Origin: Candidatus Hydrogenedens sp.
Lineage (GTDB): Bacteria > Hydrogenedentota > Hydrogenedentia > Hydrogenedentales > Hydrogenedentaceae
Length of the DNA stretch: 64,000 nucleotides
Assembly (NCBI GenBank): GCA_049968235.1
Contig: JBMFRC010000002.1
Location: 1-64,000 of the forward strand
Direction of reading: 5' to 3'
Part shown: piece after piece, positions 39,281-49,504 of the stretch
Position numbering within the stretch: position 1 is the stretch's first letter
Layout: each line of letters begins with the position of its first letter
Notes under the pieces: generated by a model
Told to the model about the DNA's origin: nothing
The model's database searches: none
The model's input: the letters and a program-made list of their open reading frames with translations, nothing else
Made by a program: the position numbers and the translations under genes

Positions 39281-39403
39281 TATTTATTCCAATATAGTTA
39301 GTTAAAGCAAGCCTTTCTATTATTTATTAATACTACCAAATTATCATTTCGTTTTATTTAATATTATATTTTAATCTTTGCCAGATAACTTTGTAAATAT
39401 TTT

Positions 39404-40438
39404 TTACTCATTATTGGGGAAAAGAGGGGGAATATAGGAACCGGGTGGAGTTAAACCGAAATGTTTGTAGGCTAATGGCGTTGCAACTCGTCCCTGAGGT
39501 GTCCTTTTCATAAAGCCGATTTGAATAAGATATGGCTCATGAACTTCCTCTATGGTTTGCCGTTCCTCTCCAATTGCAACCGCAAGTGAATTAAGCCCGA
39601 CAGGTCCCCCAGAAAATTTTTCAATAATTGTTTTTATTAACATCCGGTCCATATCATCCAGACCGAGATCATCTATGCGAAGGAGTTTTAATGCGGAGTT
39701 TGCTATTGACAGTGTGATTGTACCATCTCCTTTAACTTGAGCGTAATCTCGGACCCGTCGTAGTAATCGATTTGCAATACGCGCTGTTCCTCGTGAACGC
39801 CGTGCAATCTCTAAGGATGCTTCATCATCAATCGGGACATTTAAGATATGGGCGGAGCGGAGGACAATTGTTTGTAACTCCTGAGGAGAATAGAAATCAA
39901 GTCGGCATGAGTCTCCAAATCGTGCACGTAACGGCGGTGTTAATAAACCAGCTCGTGTTGTAGCCCCTATAAGGGTAAATGGCTTCAATCCTAACTTTAT
40001 AGAACGGGCAGTAGGTCCTTTCCCCAACATAATATCAATTTCAAAATCTTCCATCGCAGAGTATAAAGTTTCTTCCACTGCTCTATTCAAACGATGTATT
40101 TCATCTATAAATAAGATATCGAACTCATTTAATCCTGTTAAAATGGCAGAAAGGTCTGCCTGCCGTTCTAACACAGGACCGGAAGTTTGATGAATAGCGA
40201 CACGCATTTCATTAGCCAAAATTCGGGCGAGTGTTGTTTTTCCCAATCCTGGAGGACCATAAAGCAAAATATGGTCTAATGGTTCTTTTCTTTGTTTTGC
40301 TGCATGGATGGAAATTAACAATTTTTCTTTTACCGGTTCCTGTCCAGGAAAGTCTTGTAATCGCTGGGGGCGAATTTGTTCGTCAAATACAGATTCATCC
40401 TCTATTGGTTCCGGTGCAAATATATGTTCTGAACTCAT
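39404..40438 (-). CDS. ruvB: Holliday junction branch migration helicase RuvB
   Basis: Walker [15 protein letters not shown] and RuvB-conserved blocks. The start overlaps the ruvA stop (ATGA). Confidence 0.9.
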   Translation of the reverse strand: MSSEHIFAPEPIEDESVFDEQIRPQRLQDFPGQEPVKEKLLISIHAAKQRKEPLDHILLYGPPGLGKTTLARILANEMRVAIHQTSGPVLERQADLSAILTGLNEFDILFIDEIHRLNRAVEETLYSAMEDFEIDIMLGKGPTARSIKLGLKPFTLIGATTRAGLLTPPLRARFGDSCRLDFYSPQELQTIVLRSAHILNVPIDDEASLEIARRSRGTARIANRLLRRVRDYAQVKGDGTITLSIANSALKLLRIDDLGLDDMDRMLIKTIIEKFSGGPVGLNSLAVAIGEERQTIEEVHEPYLIQIGFMKRTPQGRVATPLAYKHFGLTPPGSYIPPLFPNNE

Positions 40439-41043
40439 GAATGAGGTCCTCCTTTCAAATATTGCAACGATGTCCGTATCAAATCTTCAACACTCGCATT
40501 TTCCCCCAATTGTTGTCTTGCAAATGTAACAGCACTTTTAGCCTCATTTACGGAACAACCCATTGACAACATTGCTTGATAGACTTCATCCCTATCAATA
40601 ACTTTATCTTCCGTAGGACTTAATAAGGCAGATAATTCTGTATCTTCACCCATCTTATTGCGGAATTCTAAAATTAATCGCTGGGCTGTCTTTTTACCTA
40701 TTCCTGGCGCTGTGGCAATTAGATTGTAATCGTTACCCATCACAGCCTGTCGGAATTCATTCACAGAAAGGGTAGATAATACTGCCATTGCCATTTTAGG
40801 TCCTATACCACTTATAGAAATAAGTCTTTGGAAAAGTATCTTCTGCTCATCATTTTCAAAAGCATATATATCAACCGAGTCCTCCCGCCATACCGTATGG
40901 ACAGGAAATATGGCTTCCTCATTCAAATGTACTTTATTCAACAGGTTTACAGGCACATTTAATAAATAACCTACCCCGTGAATATCTAATACCAATGTAT
41001 TTATACGAATCTTTGTTATAACTCCACGAAGGTAATCAAACAT
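40435..41043 (-). CDS. ruvA: Holliday junction DNA-binding protein RuvA
   Basis: MFDYLRGVI...HGVGY, and HhH motifs GIGPKMA and [15 protein letters not shown] lies 7 nt upstream. Confidence 0.85.
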   Translation of the reverse strand: MFDYLRGVITKIRINTLVLDIHGVGYLLNVPVNLLNKVHLNEEAIFPVHTVWREDSVDIYAFENDEQKILFQRLISISGIGPKMAMAVLSTLSVNEFRQAVMGNDYNLIATAPGIGKKTAQRLILEFRNKMGEDTELSALLSPTEDKVIDRDEVYQAMLSMGCSVNEAKSAVTFARQQLGENASVEDLIRTSLQYLKGGPHS

Positions 41044-41244
41044 ATATGCTCCTCGTTATAATGTAAATGTTAAATGTTAAATATTATGTATTACCCATGT
41101 ATTATTATAGAACATTTATTATATACTTATTCTTATGACAAGCATCATATAAGAAAAAACAATATATTTTACGAATTTACATTTTTTTGTTTTCATTTTA
41201 TAAAATCTACTCGTTGACAGATATATAAATTAAGGACTTTCGTT

Positions 41245-42111
41245 ATGGAAATAAAATCTTCCCTAATATCTTTTGTTATATTGTTATTTGTTTTTTCTCT
41301 CTGGTGTTTTTCAGAACCTGACAAAGGTAAACCACAACCAACAAATGTAGATATCCAGAATGCTAAGGATGTCCCTTCTTTTCAACAAGTCTCTCCCATC
41401 GAAGTGCAGATAAAAGATAACAAAACTCAGCAGACATCTACTCTGGTAATTAACCCCAATGAACGATTATACCGGGAAATACAGGAAATGAAAATCTCAC
41501 TACAGCAGATACAACAAACTCTGGATTATTTAGTGAATCACGTTATTACAGATCTGGAAGCAGAAAACCAGCAATTAAAAGCAACTTTACAATCTTATGG
41601 ACTAAATCCAATCCCTCAGGATATGATCCGAACCCCATCTTCGAAGTATATTCCCGGAAGCCCTGCCAACGAAGGTATTACAACACCTGTTCCATCTACG
41701 AGTACCAGAACAAAGATAGAAAATAACGATACACCACCTCAAGAATTTTATTTCCGCGTTCTAGAGGAATGGGGAAGAAATCCGGAAGTTGTGAAACAAA
41801 TGAATTCAAATGCACCTACAATAAAAGGAATTATTGGTGTTGTTCCGTATGGGAGTCCGAAAGAAAAATTACAAGAATTAGCACGGGAACTTCGATTGAA
41901 ATACGATGAATATGACAACATCAATATTGAAGTTTTTGATGATGACGTATCGGCAAAAGAATATATAAAAAAAAATATAAAGAGTAAGGAACATAATGTT
42001 TTAAGTATCTCAAAACATAAGGAAAGTGGACGGGATATAATCTCCATTTACGGTATTAATGAATCCTCATTAGTCCTTCCTGAATCAATACCATCTCCAG
42101 AAAATCAATAA
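41245..42111 (+). CDS. Secreted protein of unknown function with coiled-coil segment
   Basis: Signal peptide followed by a heptad-like region (QEMKISLQQIQQTLDYLVNHV...ENQQLKATLQ). Confidence 0.35.
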   Translation: MEIKSSLISFVILLFVFSLWCFSEPDKGKPQPTNVDIQNAKDVPSFQQVSPIEVQIKDNKTQQTSTLVINPNERLYREIQEMKISLQQIQQTLDYLVNHVITDLEAENQQLKATLQSYGLNPIPQDMIRTPSSKYIPGSPANEGITTPVPSTSTRTKIENNDTPPQEFYFRVLEEWGRNPEVVKQMNSNAPTIKGIIGVVPYGSPKEKLQELARELRLKYDEYDNINIEVFDDDVSAKEYIKKNIKSKEHNVLSISKHKESGRDIISIYGINESSLVLPESIPSPENQ

Positions 42112-42126
42112 CACAGTCCCCAAATA

Positions 42127-42145
42127 CCAATAATCCTTTTATTGG
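42127..42145 (+). terminator. Weak hairpin CCAATAA-TCCTT-TTATTGG followed by a T-rich tract
   Basis: A 7-bp AT-rich stem 16 nt after the stop at 42111. A T-rich tract follows, but it is not an uninterrupted U-run. Confidence 0.25.
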
Positions 42146-42322
42146 GCAGATGTTTTGTTTGTCTTTTCTGTTTCTTCCTATTTCCCATAAGCGTGATTTT
42201 GACAATAATTCTCAAAAACTGAAAAATACAATTTGACATTATATACACAATTATGGTATTACTTTTATATCGATTAGTAATACTAACAAATTAACAATCA
42301 ACAACCCATAGGAGAATTCATC

Positions 42323-43291
42323 GTGAAGAAAATAGGTTTCACACTAATTGAACTCCTTGTCGTCATCGCAATTATTGGTATTTTAGCTGCAATATTGCTT
42401 CCTGCATTAGCAAGAGCACGAGAAGCGGCACGTAGGTCCAGTTGTCAGAATAATCTAAAGCAATTTGGATTATCATTCAAAATGTATGCTAATGAAGCCA
42501 AAGGGGAACGTTTCCCGCCACTTCAACCTTTTACAAATCCTAATGGAGCACCTCTTTTTGCATCACCGGACCCAGAAGGCTTCTTTCCTGAGTATATGAA
42601 TGATTTAAATACTGCAAAATGTCCATCAGATACAGGTGTGGATGCGCAGGGACAATATGTTGCTGCACGCATTCCCGATGGTTCTATTGAAGACCATATA
42701 AAAGTTGCGGAGGAAAATAATGACCGATTAAGTGCTCGATATTTTCGTGCTGCCGCATTAGGTCGTTCTTATTGGTATCACGGTTTTGCTATTACAAATG
42801 TTGAGGAGTTCTACGGTATGTGGAATGCAACGGGAACACTTGGAGAAATAGAAACAATTACTCCGGGAACTATAATTGGCGTAAACCCCGTTACCGCTCC
42901 TGTAAAAAGAAAGAACTTTGATAACGATATTCCTGTTACTACAAAACTCCCATGGACTGCCATTTTAGGTAAGGGCTATGCAACAACCAATAATTGTGCT
43001 CGTTTGCGGGAGGGCATTGAACGCTTTGCTATCACAGATATAAATAATCCCGCCGCTTCAGCACAGGCACAAAGTGAAATTATTATTATGTTCGACACTT
43101 TTGGTAATCCCAATGATTCTGCAAATACCGCGGGAGGAGTTGTTTTCAATCACATGCCCGGCGGTTGTAATGTCCTCTATATGGATGGACATGTTGAATT
43201 TATCCGTTATCCCTCTAAATTCCCTGTTATAGATGACAAGGATAACAATTATGGGATACCCAGACAGGTAGGGCATTTCGGATTACAATAG
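42323..43291 (+). CDS. DUF1559 (H-X9-DG) protein with prepilin-type N-terminal cleavage/methylation domain
   Basis: N-terminus [46 protein letters not shown] and C-terminus [18 protein letters not shown] start with AGGAG 8 nt upstream. Confidence 0.7.
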   Translation: MKKIGFTLIELLVVIAIIGILAAILLPALARAREAARRSSCQNNLKQFGLSFKMYANEAKGERFPPLQPFTNPNGAPLFASPDPEGFFPEYMNDLNTAKCPSDTGVDAQGQYVAARIPDGSIEDHIKVAEENNDRLSARYFRAAALGRSYWYHGFAITNVEEFYGMWNATGTLGEIETITPGTIIGVNPVTAPVKRKNFDNDIPVTTKLPWTAILGKGYATTNNCARLREGIERFAITDINNPAASAQAQSEIIIMFDTFGNPNDSANTAGGVVFNHMPGGCNVLYMDGHVEFIRYPSKFPVIDDKDNNYGIPRQVGHFGLQ

Positions 43292-43310
43292 CAATCAGGA
43301 TTTATAGAAC

Positions 43311-44174
43311 ATGAAACATTTTATAATTTTTACTTCCTATAGGCTCCTAATCGTTTTAGCAGTGCTATGCAATATGTGGGGCGGTATTTCATCGCCCCAC
43401 ATATACGCAGACGAACCTGTCGTCGTTGGAACTTCAGCCATTCATTCCGCAGTTAAGGACCTAACAGGCAAAGATACTGAATTAGCAGTTGTAGTGCCTC
43501 CTGATTTATGTCCAGGACATTTTGACCTTAAACCCGGTGACATAGAAAAATTCATCAATGCTAAGTTAGTTATCTTACATACCTGGCAAAAGGATTTACC
43601 CGCAATTAAAAGCCTTATTCGCGGGACAAATCCTCCCCCGGAGAAAGTAGTATATATTCAGGTGGAAGGGAATTGGTTTGTTCCTAAAAATTATATTCTT
43701 GGATTAGAAAAAGTAGGTGCAGAATTAATTAGAGCAGGTCTGCTCACAGAAGATAATTACAAACAGCGAATAGAAAAAAGAAAAAAAGAAATATTTGAAT
43801 TTGAACAACAGATTTTGAGTAATATCAAAAATGTTCAACCCGGAAATATTCCTATAATTACATCTATTTTTCAGAGCGATTTTATAAACTGGTTAGGATT
43901 TAAAACGGTCTTAACTTTTCCACGAGCAGAAGAAATTAGTCTTTCTTCATGGGGAGAACTTTTAAAGAAAGGAAAGGAAGAAAAAGTTCAAATTGTAGTA
44001 GAAAATCTACAAAGTGGTGAAATAGAACTTGTTAAAAGATTGGCATCCGAATTAAATGCTCAATCCGCTATCCTTTCCAGTTTCCCTTATGCTTGTCCAG
44101 ATTGCAATTCATGGGAAACAAGTTTACAAAATAATGTAGACACTCTATTGAAGTCTATTAGCGAAGTCCATTAG
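43311..44174 (+). CDS. Metal ABC transporter substrate-binding protein (TroA/ZnuA-like)
   Basis: Signal peptide, then VVVGTSAIHSAVKDLTG...VVVPPDLCPGHFDLKPGDIEKFINAKLVILHTW, which matches the cluster-9 binding-protein layout. Confidence 0.5.
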   Translation: MKHFIIFTSYRLLIVLAVLCNMWGGISSPHIYADEPVVVGTSAIHSAVKDLTGKDTELAVVVPPDLCPGHFDLKPGDIEKFINAKLVILHTWQKDLPAIKSLIRGTNPPPEKVVYIQVEGNWFVPKNYILGLEKVGAELIRAGLLTEDNYKQRIEKRKKEIFEFEQQILSNIKNVQPGNIPIITSIFQSDFINWLGFKTVLTFPRAEEISLSSWGELLKKGKEEKVQIVVENLQSGEIELVKRLASELNAQSAILSSFPYACPDCNSWETSLQNNVDTLLKSISEVH

Positions 44175-44206
44175 CATTATACATCAAACAAATTTATTAT
44201 TATGTC

Positions 44207-44998
44207 ATGCCTGCTAAAAGTAATTTTGAAAATATTATTGAATTAAAAAGTGTTAGCGTCTTTTACAATAGCCATACTGCACTTGACGATATAACACTTT
44301 CATTTCGTCAGGGTGAATTTGCTGTTATTTTAGGACCTAATGGTTCCGGAAAAACAACTTTATTAAAAGTTTTATGTGGATTATGCCGATTCCAGACCGG
44401 TTCCGTAAAGATTTTAGGACAAATTCCATCCTCTTATAATTTTCTTTTACGAAGGAAAATTGCTCATGTCGCACAAATTGAGTCCATTGACCCAAAACTT
44501 CCCATAACCGTCCGTGAATCTGTATCTACAGGTAGGGCTGGTGTACGTGGATTGGGGATACCTTTAACAAAAGCAGACTGGGAATTGGTTGATTCCGTCA
44601 TAGAACGAGTTGGAATCTCCCACCTTGCTAATAAACCTATTGGTCATCTTTCTGGAGGAGAACGACAAAAAACATCTATTGCACGGGCGTTAGTACAGCA
44701 GGCTCCTATTTTACTGCTTGATGAACCTACCGCTTCTATTGACCCCAATGCACAAAAAGACATTTTAGATTTGTTAGAACATAAAATGGACTTACATCCA
44801 TTTACAACTTTATATGTTACTCATGAAATAGCAATGATACCCAATTGCTGTGACCGTATTATAATGTTGCAACAAGGAAAAGTTTGGGCAGATGGTAAAC
44901 CTGAAGAACTTTTGCTTGAAGAAAAGTTAAAAGAACTCTATGGTGGAAATGGATTTTGTTGTTCCAGCAAATTCGGGTTCCATCATTCACATTATTAG
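44207..44998 (+). CDS. ABC transporter ATP-binding protein
   Basis: Walker A GPNGSGKTT, signature LSGGERQK and Walker B LLLDEP. Confidence 0.75.
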   Translation: MPAKSNFENIIELKSVSVFYNSHTALDDITLSFRQGEFAVILGPNGSGKTTLLKVLCGLCRFQTGSVKILGQIPSSYNFLLRRKIAHVAQIESIDPKLPITVRESVSTGRAGVRGLGIPLTKADWELVDSVIERVGISHLANKPIGHLSGGERQKTSIARALVQQAPILLLDEPTASIDPNAQKDILDLLEHKMDLHPFTTLYVTHEIAMIPNCCDRIIMLQQGKVWADGKPEELLLEEKLKELYGGNGFCCSSKFGFHHSHY

Positions 44999-45013
44999 CA
45001 GAGAATTTCATTG

Positions 45014-45841
45014 ATGCATGAAATATTAGGTATACCTGAATATTTGTTACGCCCGATACTTGCAGGTCTTTTTTCAGGGATAGCATGCAGTATCGTAGGT
45101 GTTTTTATTGTTACCATGCATTTATCCTTCTTAGGTATCTGTATTGCACATTCCGCATTCACCGGAGCATTATTCGGTTTGTGGTTAGGCTGGAATCCTT
45201 TAACAGGTGCTATCCTTTTTAGTCTCGTTGCATCTGCCATTGTCGGACCCTTAGCAGACCGTGGAGAATTAAGCCCAGACACATCAACAGGAATTGTTTT
45301 TTCTACCATGTTAGGACTGGCTTTTCTCTTCTTAGGACTTATACCCGGCTCCAAAGCAAGTGCCTTAAGCCTTTTTTGGGGAAATATTTTGACTGTAACC
45401 CTGACAGATATTTACATTCTGGCTGGGATTGCTACGTTCTTATTACTTTTATTTACTCTCTTTTATAAGGAAATCCATGCGGTTTTATGCCATCGACAAA
45501 TTGCCATGTATGTTGGAATTCCAACTGCTCTTATTTTTTATCTGCTACTAATAACCACAGGGTTGACTATTGCAGTTTCTTTACAAACCGTTGGAGGTCT
45601 ATTAATTTACAGTCTATTGTTAAATCCTTCCGCATCAGCACATCAACTCACTTATCGATTCAAAACTATGCTCATTTTGTCCATTATTTTCGGTGTAACT
45701 TCGTGCTGGGGAGGAATTGCTCTTTCCTATAAATATAATCTCCCCACAGGTGCCACGATTATATTAATCTCCTCTTTTATATTTATCCTATCTGCTATCT
45801 TTTCACCCAAAAGACAGATACAAGGGACAAAAAATGTCTAA
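45014..45841 (+). CDS. ABC-3-family metal transporter permease
   Basis: About 8 TM helices in the usual position after the ATPase. The start could be ATG 45014 or TTG 45011. Confidence 0.65.
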   Translation: MHEILGIPEYLLRPILAGLFSGIACSIVGVFIVTMHLSFLGICIAHSAFTGALFGLWLGWNPLTGAILFSLVASAIVGPLADRGELSPDTSTGIVFSTMLGLAFLFLGLIPGSKASALSLFWGNILTVTLTDIYILAGIATFLLLLFTLFYKEIHAVLCHRQIAMYVGIPTALIFYLLLITTGLTIAVSLQTVGGLLIYSLLLNPSASAHQLTYRFKTMLILSIIFGVTSCWGGIALSYKYNLPTGATIILISSFIFILSAIFSPKRQIQGTKNV

Positions 45842-46472
45842 CAAACAATCTCTTTACCCTGACCAACACTATTATCATCAAAAAGAAATTAATGCTTTCT
45901 TTGACCATCATGCACCTCAATGGGATTCTTATGCTTCTGAAGATGTCCTGGAAAAAGTAGATAATTTGTTAAAAAATATTGAAATCAAACCTACCAATAC
46001 AGTATTAGATATTGGTTGCGGAACGGGGGTCTTAGTTCCTTACCTATGGAGTCGTCTCAAACAGAACGGCACTTTAATCGAAGTGGATGTCTCGACAGAG
46101 ATGATTCGACATGGTAAAATGAAATTTATGAATATTCCATGTCATTGGCTCATCACAGATGCACATTTTCTTCCTATAAAATCTGAAAGTGCTGATATAA
46201 TTATTTGCTTCTCGATATTCCCTCATTTAATAAACAAAAAACAGGCTATAAAAGAGCACAGTCGAGTGTTGAAAAAGGGCGGCATCTGGGTTGTTTGCCA
46301 TTCACAGTCCAGCAAAACAATTAATGAATTTCATCAAAACGTTGGGGGTGTTGTTGCCCAACATGTAATACCAGAAATAAATGAAATAAAACATCTTTTA
46401 ATAGAGGCTAAATTGAATATGCAATATTTTCAAGACAACACAGAAGGATACCTTCTCATAGCCTCTCGTTAG
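45834..46472 (+). CDS. Class I SAM-dependent methyltransferase
   Basis: Motif I VLDIGCGTGVL. It overlaps the permease gene by 8 nt. Confidence 0.65.
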   Translation: MSNKQSLYPDQHYYHQKEINAFFDHHAPQWDSYASEDVLEKVDNLLKNIEIKPTNTVLDIGCGTGVLVPYLWSRLKQNGTLIEVDVSTEMIRHGKMKFMNIPCHWLITDAHFLPIKSESADIIICFSIFPHLINKKQAIKEHSRVLKKGGIWVVCHSQSSKTINEFHQNVGGVVAQHVIPEINEIKHLLIEAKLNMQYFQDNTEGYLLIASR

Positions 46473-46559
46473 AACCATACCGTTTAACATCATATCTTTT
46501 ATTTTGATATAATTCATCATAATTAACTTATCTTAATCCGAATGAAAAGAGGTTTTTTT

Positions 46560-47393
46560 ATGCATAGTGATATTTCTATTTTTGATTTGACAGGGAAAAC
46601 TGCTGTCGTTACTGGTGGCGCTGGAGTACTTGGAACTTCAATGGTTGAAGGATTGGTCCGTGCTGGTGCATCTGTTGCCATAGCGGATGTTTTATTAGAC
46701 AAAGCAAACGAACTAAAACAAAAAATTGAAAACCAAGGGGGAAAAGCACTTGCCCTTTATATGGATGCTTTTAACAAAGATACCATTGAAGAATCTGCCT
46801 ATACAATAGTCAAAGAATGGGGAAAAATTGATATTTTAGTCAACGGTGTAGGTGGTAATATGAAACAAGCCACAACTTCTCCTGAATTAAGTTTTTTCGA
46901 CATACCTACGGATGCGTTCCAGAAGGTCGTTAACTTAAATTTACTAGGTGGTGCCATTATTCCTTCTCAAGTATTTGGAAAATATATGGTACAAAATGCA
47001 GAGGGAGGCTCTATTATTAATATCGCATCGATGAATGCTATTCGCCCCCTAACACGCATTCCCGGATATAGTGCAGCAAAATCGGCTGTTGCTAACTTTA
47101 CACAGTGGTTAGCGGTCCATTTTGCTCAGGAATATAATCCGAAATTAAGAGTTAATGCGATAGCCCCGGGTTTTTTCCTTAGTGAACAGAATCGCTATTT
47201 GTTAATTGACGAAAAAACAGGTGAACCTACTCCCCGAGGTAAAACGATACTAACCCATACTCCTATGGGTCGCTATGGAGACCCATCAGACCTTATAGGA
47301 ACCCTTATCTGGCTTGCCAGTGATGCATCAAAATTCGTTACAGGCATCATTGTCCCTGTCGATGGTGGATTTTCAGCATTTTCCGGCGTATAG
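46560..47393 (+). CDS. Short-chain dehydrogenase/reductase
   Basis: TGGAGVLG cofactor motif and an SDR catalytic YxxxK context (YSAAK). AAAGAGG lies 8 nt upstream of ATG 46560. Confidence 0.7.
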   Translation: MHSDISIFDLTGKTAVVTGGAGVLGTSMVEGLVRAGASVAIADVLLDKANELKQKIENQGGKALALYMDAFNKDTIEESAYTIVKEWGKIDILVNGVGGNMKQATTSPELSFFDIPTDAFQKVVNLNLLGGAIIPSQVFGKYMVQNAEGGSIINIASMNAIRPLTRIPGYSAAKSAVANFTQWLAVHFAQEYNPKLRVNAIAPGFFLSEQNRYLLIDEKTGEPTPRGKTILTHTPMGRYGDPSDLIGTLIWLASDASKFVTGIIVPVDGGFSAFSGV

Positions 47394-47428
47394 CCAATAA
47401 AAATATAAAAGAAATAAGGAATCAAAAA

Positions 47429-48322
47429 ATGAAAGAAGATATTCAAAAATTATTAGACCACAAACCGACATCCTCATTTTTAATTGCCATTGATTCTGAT
47501 GGTTGTGCCTTCGACACAATGGAATTAAAACAAAAGGAATGTTTTACACCAAATACAATTAAATATTGGAATCTTCAGGCAATCTCTAAATATGCTCGTG
47601 AGGCATGTGAGTTTGTAAATCTCTATTCAAAATGGCGTGGTGCCAACCGTTTCCCTGCCCTTATTAAAGTTTTTGACCTTTTAATGGATTGGGATAAAGT
47701 AAAAGCAAGAAAAGTTCAAATCCCTCCCACGCCGAATTTACGAAAATGGATTGAAACAGAAACAAAATTAGGAAACCCTGCATTGGAAGCATATTGCAAA
47801 GAACATCCGGAACAAGAAGATATGCAGATAACACTCCAATGGAGTAAAGCAGTTAATAAAACGGTAGAAGATATTGTCAAAGGGGGTTTACCTCCTTTTC
47901 CATTTGTTGAAGAATGTCTTCAAAAATGTCAGGGAAAATCTGATATTATGGTTTGTTCTCAAACGCCAACCGAAGCATTAATCCGTGAATGGCAAGAACA
48001 AGACCTCGCAAAGTATGTTTTTGTTATATGCGGACAGGAAATAGGAACAAAGGCTGAACATATTAAGTTCGCTTCTGAAAACCGATACGAAAGGAGTCAT
48101 ATCTTGATGATTGGTGATGCCTACGGAGACCTTAAAGCGGCTCGAGCCAATAACGCATTATTCTTCCCCATTAACCCCGGTCATGAAGAAGAGTCATGGC
48201 AACGACTTTTCGAAGAAGGATTAGACCGTTTCTTCAACGGCACTTATGAAGGGGATTATGAAACTACTCTCATTAAAGAATTTGACAAATATCTCCCCGA
48301 AACCCCACCATGGAAAAGATAA
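47429..48322 (+). CDS. HAD-superfamily hydrolase (tentative)
   Basis: IAIDSDGCAFDT (motif I-like DxDG) and IGDAYGDLKAA (motif IV GDxxxD). Confidence 0.45.
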   Translation: MKEDIQKLLDHKPTSSFLIAIDSDGCAFDTMELKQKECFTPNTIKYWNLQAISKYAREACEFVNLYSKWRGANRFPALIKVFDLLMDWDKVKARKVQIPPTPNLRKWIETETKLGNPALEAYCKEHPEQEDMQITLQWSKAVNKTVEDIVKGGLPPFPFVEECLQKCQGKSDIMVCSQTPTEALIREWQEQDLAKYVFVICGQEIGTKAEHIKFASENRYERSHILMIGDAYGDLKAARANNALFFPINPGHEEESWQRLFEEGLDRFFNGTYEGDYETTLIKEFDKYLPETPPWKR

Positions 48323-48352
48323 TCTTTTGCAGATAAAAAATTATTAAAAAAT

Positions 48353-49504
48353 ATGTTAATTGTTGCAGATGAAAATATCCCGTATGTGAAAGAAGGTTTT
48401 AATCAATTTGGAGAAGTAATTACTGTCCATGGTAGAAAAATTACAAAGGACATTATAAAAAATGCAGATGTTCTTCTGGTTCGCTCTATCACCAAAGTAA
48501 ATGCAGACCTTCTTGAAGGCACTTCTATTCGTTTTGTTGGCACTGCCACAATTGGTTATGACCACATTGACCTCGATTATTTAAACTTAAAAAGTATTGC
48601 CTTTTCCAGTGCGCCGGGTTCTAATGCTAACAGTGTAGCGGAGTATGTAGTTTCAGGATTGCTTCATCTGGAACAAAATTATAAATATATATTACAGGGC
48701 AAAAAAATAGGGATTGTAGGCGTAGGAAATGTAGGCTCCCGTGTTGCTAAAAAGGTCCCTGCATTAGGTCTATTTCCTGTACTCTATGACCCGCCTCTTG
48801 CGGAAAAAATGAATAATTACCCATTATTTGAACCCTTTGAAAACATATTGAACTGCGATATTATTACCTTTCATGTCCCATTAGAAAAAACAGGTCCCTA
48901 TCCAACTTACCACATGGCAAATAAAAATTTCTTCCCAAAACTACGTAAAGGTACTGTAATTATTAATACATCACGCGGTTCCGTTGTTGAAACAGAATCG
49001 CTACTAAATGCAATTGAACAGGGGATTATTTCTCACTCTATTATTGATGTGTGGGAGAATGAACCAAATATAGATATTGACCTACTTCAAAAAGTAACTA
49101 TAGGAACTCCGCACATTGCTGGCTATTCCTTTGATGGCAAGGTCAATGGGACATATCAGTTGTATGTATCACTATGCCGTTTTCTAAATCAAACTCCAAC
49201 ATGGGACTACCGAAAGAATCTACCCGACCCACCTATTAAAGAATTAGAATTAGCAAACGATAATCTATGGCTACTCCATAACACAGTCCATAAGATATAT
49301 GACATAACTGTTGATGATAAAGCACTACGAGAAATACAAAGTAAAAATGAAAATGAACGCGGTTCCTTTTTCGACCTTTTACGAAAAAATTATCCCATTC
49401 GGCGGGAATTTCAAAATACAACTATTCGTTTTATTCAAGATAATCCCATATTAGTAAACCAATTGGAAAGATTAGGTTTCAATGTAATAAGGGACAAGAA
49501 ATGA
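48353..49504 (+). CDS. pdxB: Erythronate-4-phosphate dehydrogenase
   Basis: It can be aligned by eye along the whole length to PdxB (MLIVADENIPY...VRSITKVNADLL...FVGTATIGYDHID...IGIVGVGNVG...DVWENEP...LRKNYPIRREF). Confidence 0.75.
   Translation: MLIVADENIPYVKEGFNQFGEVITVHGRKITKDIIKNADVLLVRSITKVNADLLEGTSIRFVGTATIGYDHIDLDYLNLKSIAFSSAPGSNANSVAEYVVSGLLHLEQNYKYILQGKKIGIVGVGNVGSRVAKKVPALGLFPVLYDPPLAEKMNNYPLFEPFENILNCDIITFHVPLEKTGPYPTYHMANKNFFPKLRKGTVIINTSRGSVVETESLLNAIEQGIISHSIIDVWENEPNIDIDLLQKVTIGTPHIAGYSFDGKVNGTYQLYVSLCRFLNQTPTWDYRKNLPDPPIKELELANDNLWLLHNTVHKIYDITVDDKALREIQSKNENERGSFFDLLRKNYPIRREFQNTTIRFIQDNPILVNQLERLGFNVIRDKK

Noticed and set aside
39404-41043. ruvA-ruvB without ruvC as an anomaly
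   Set aside because: ruvC is often unlinked from ruvAB in many bacteria. The window is too short to conclude that it is absent.
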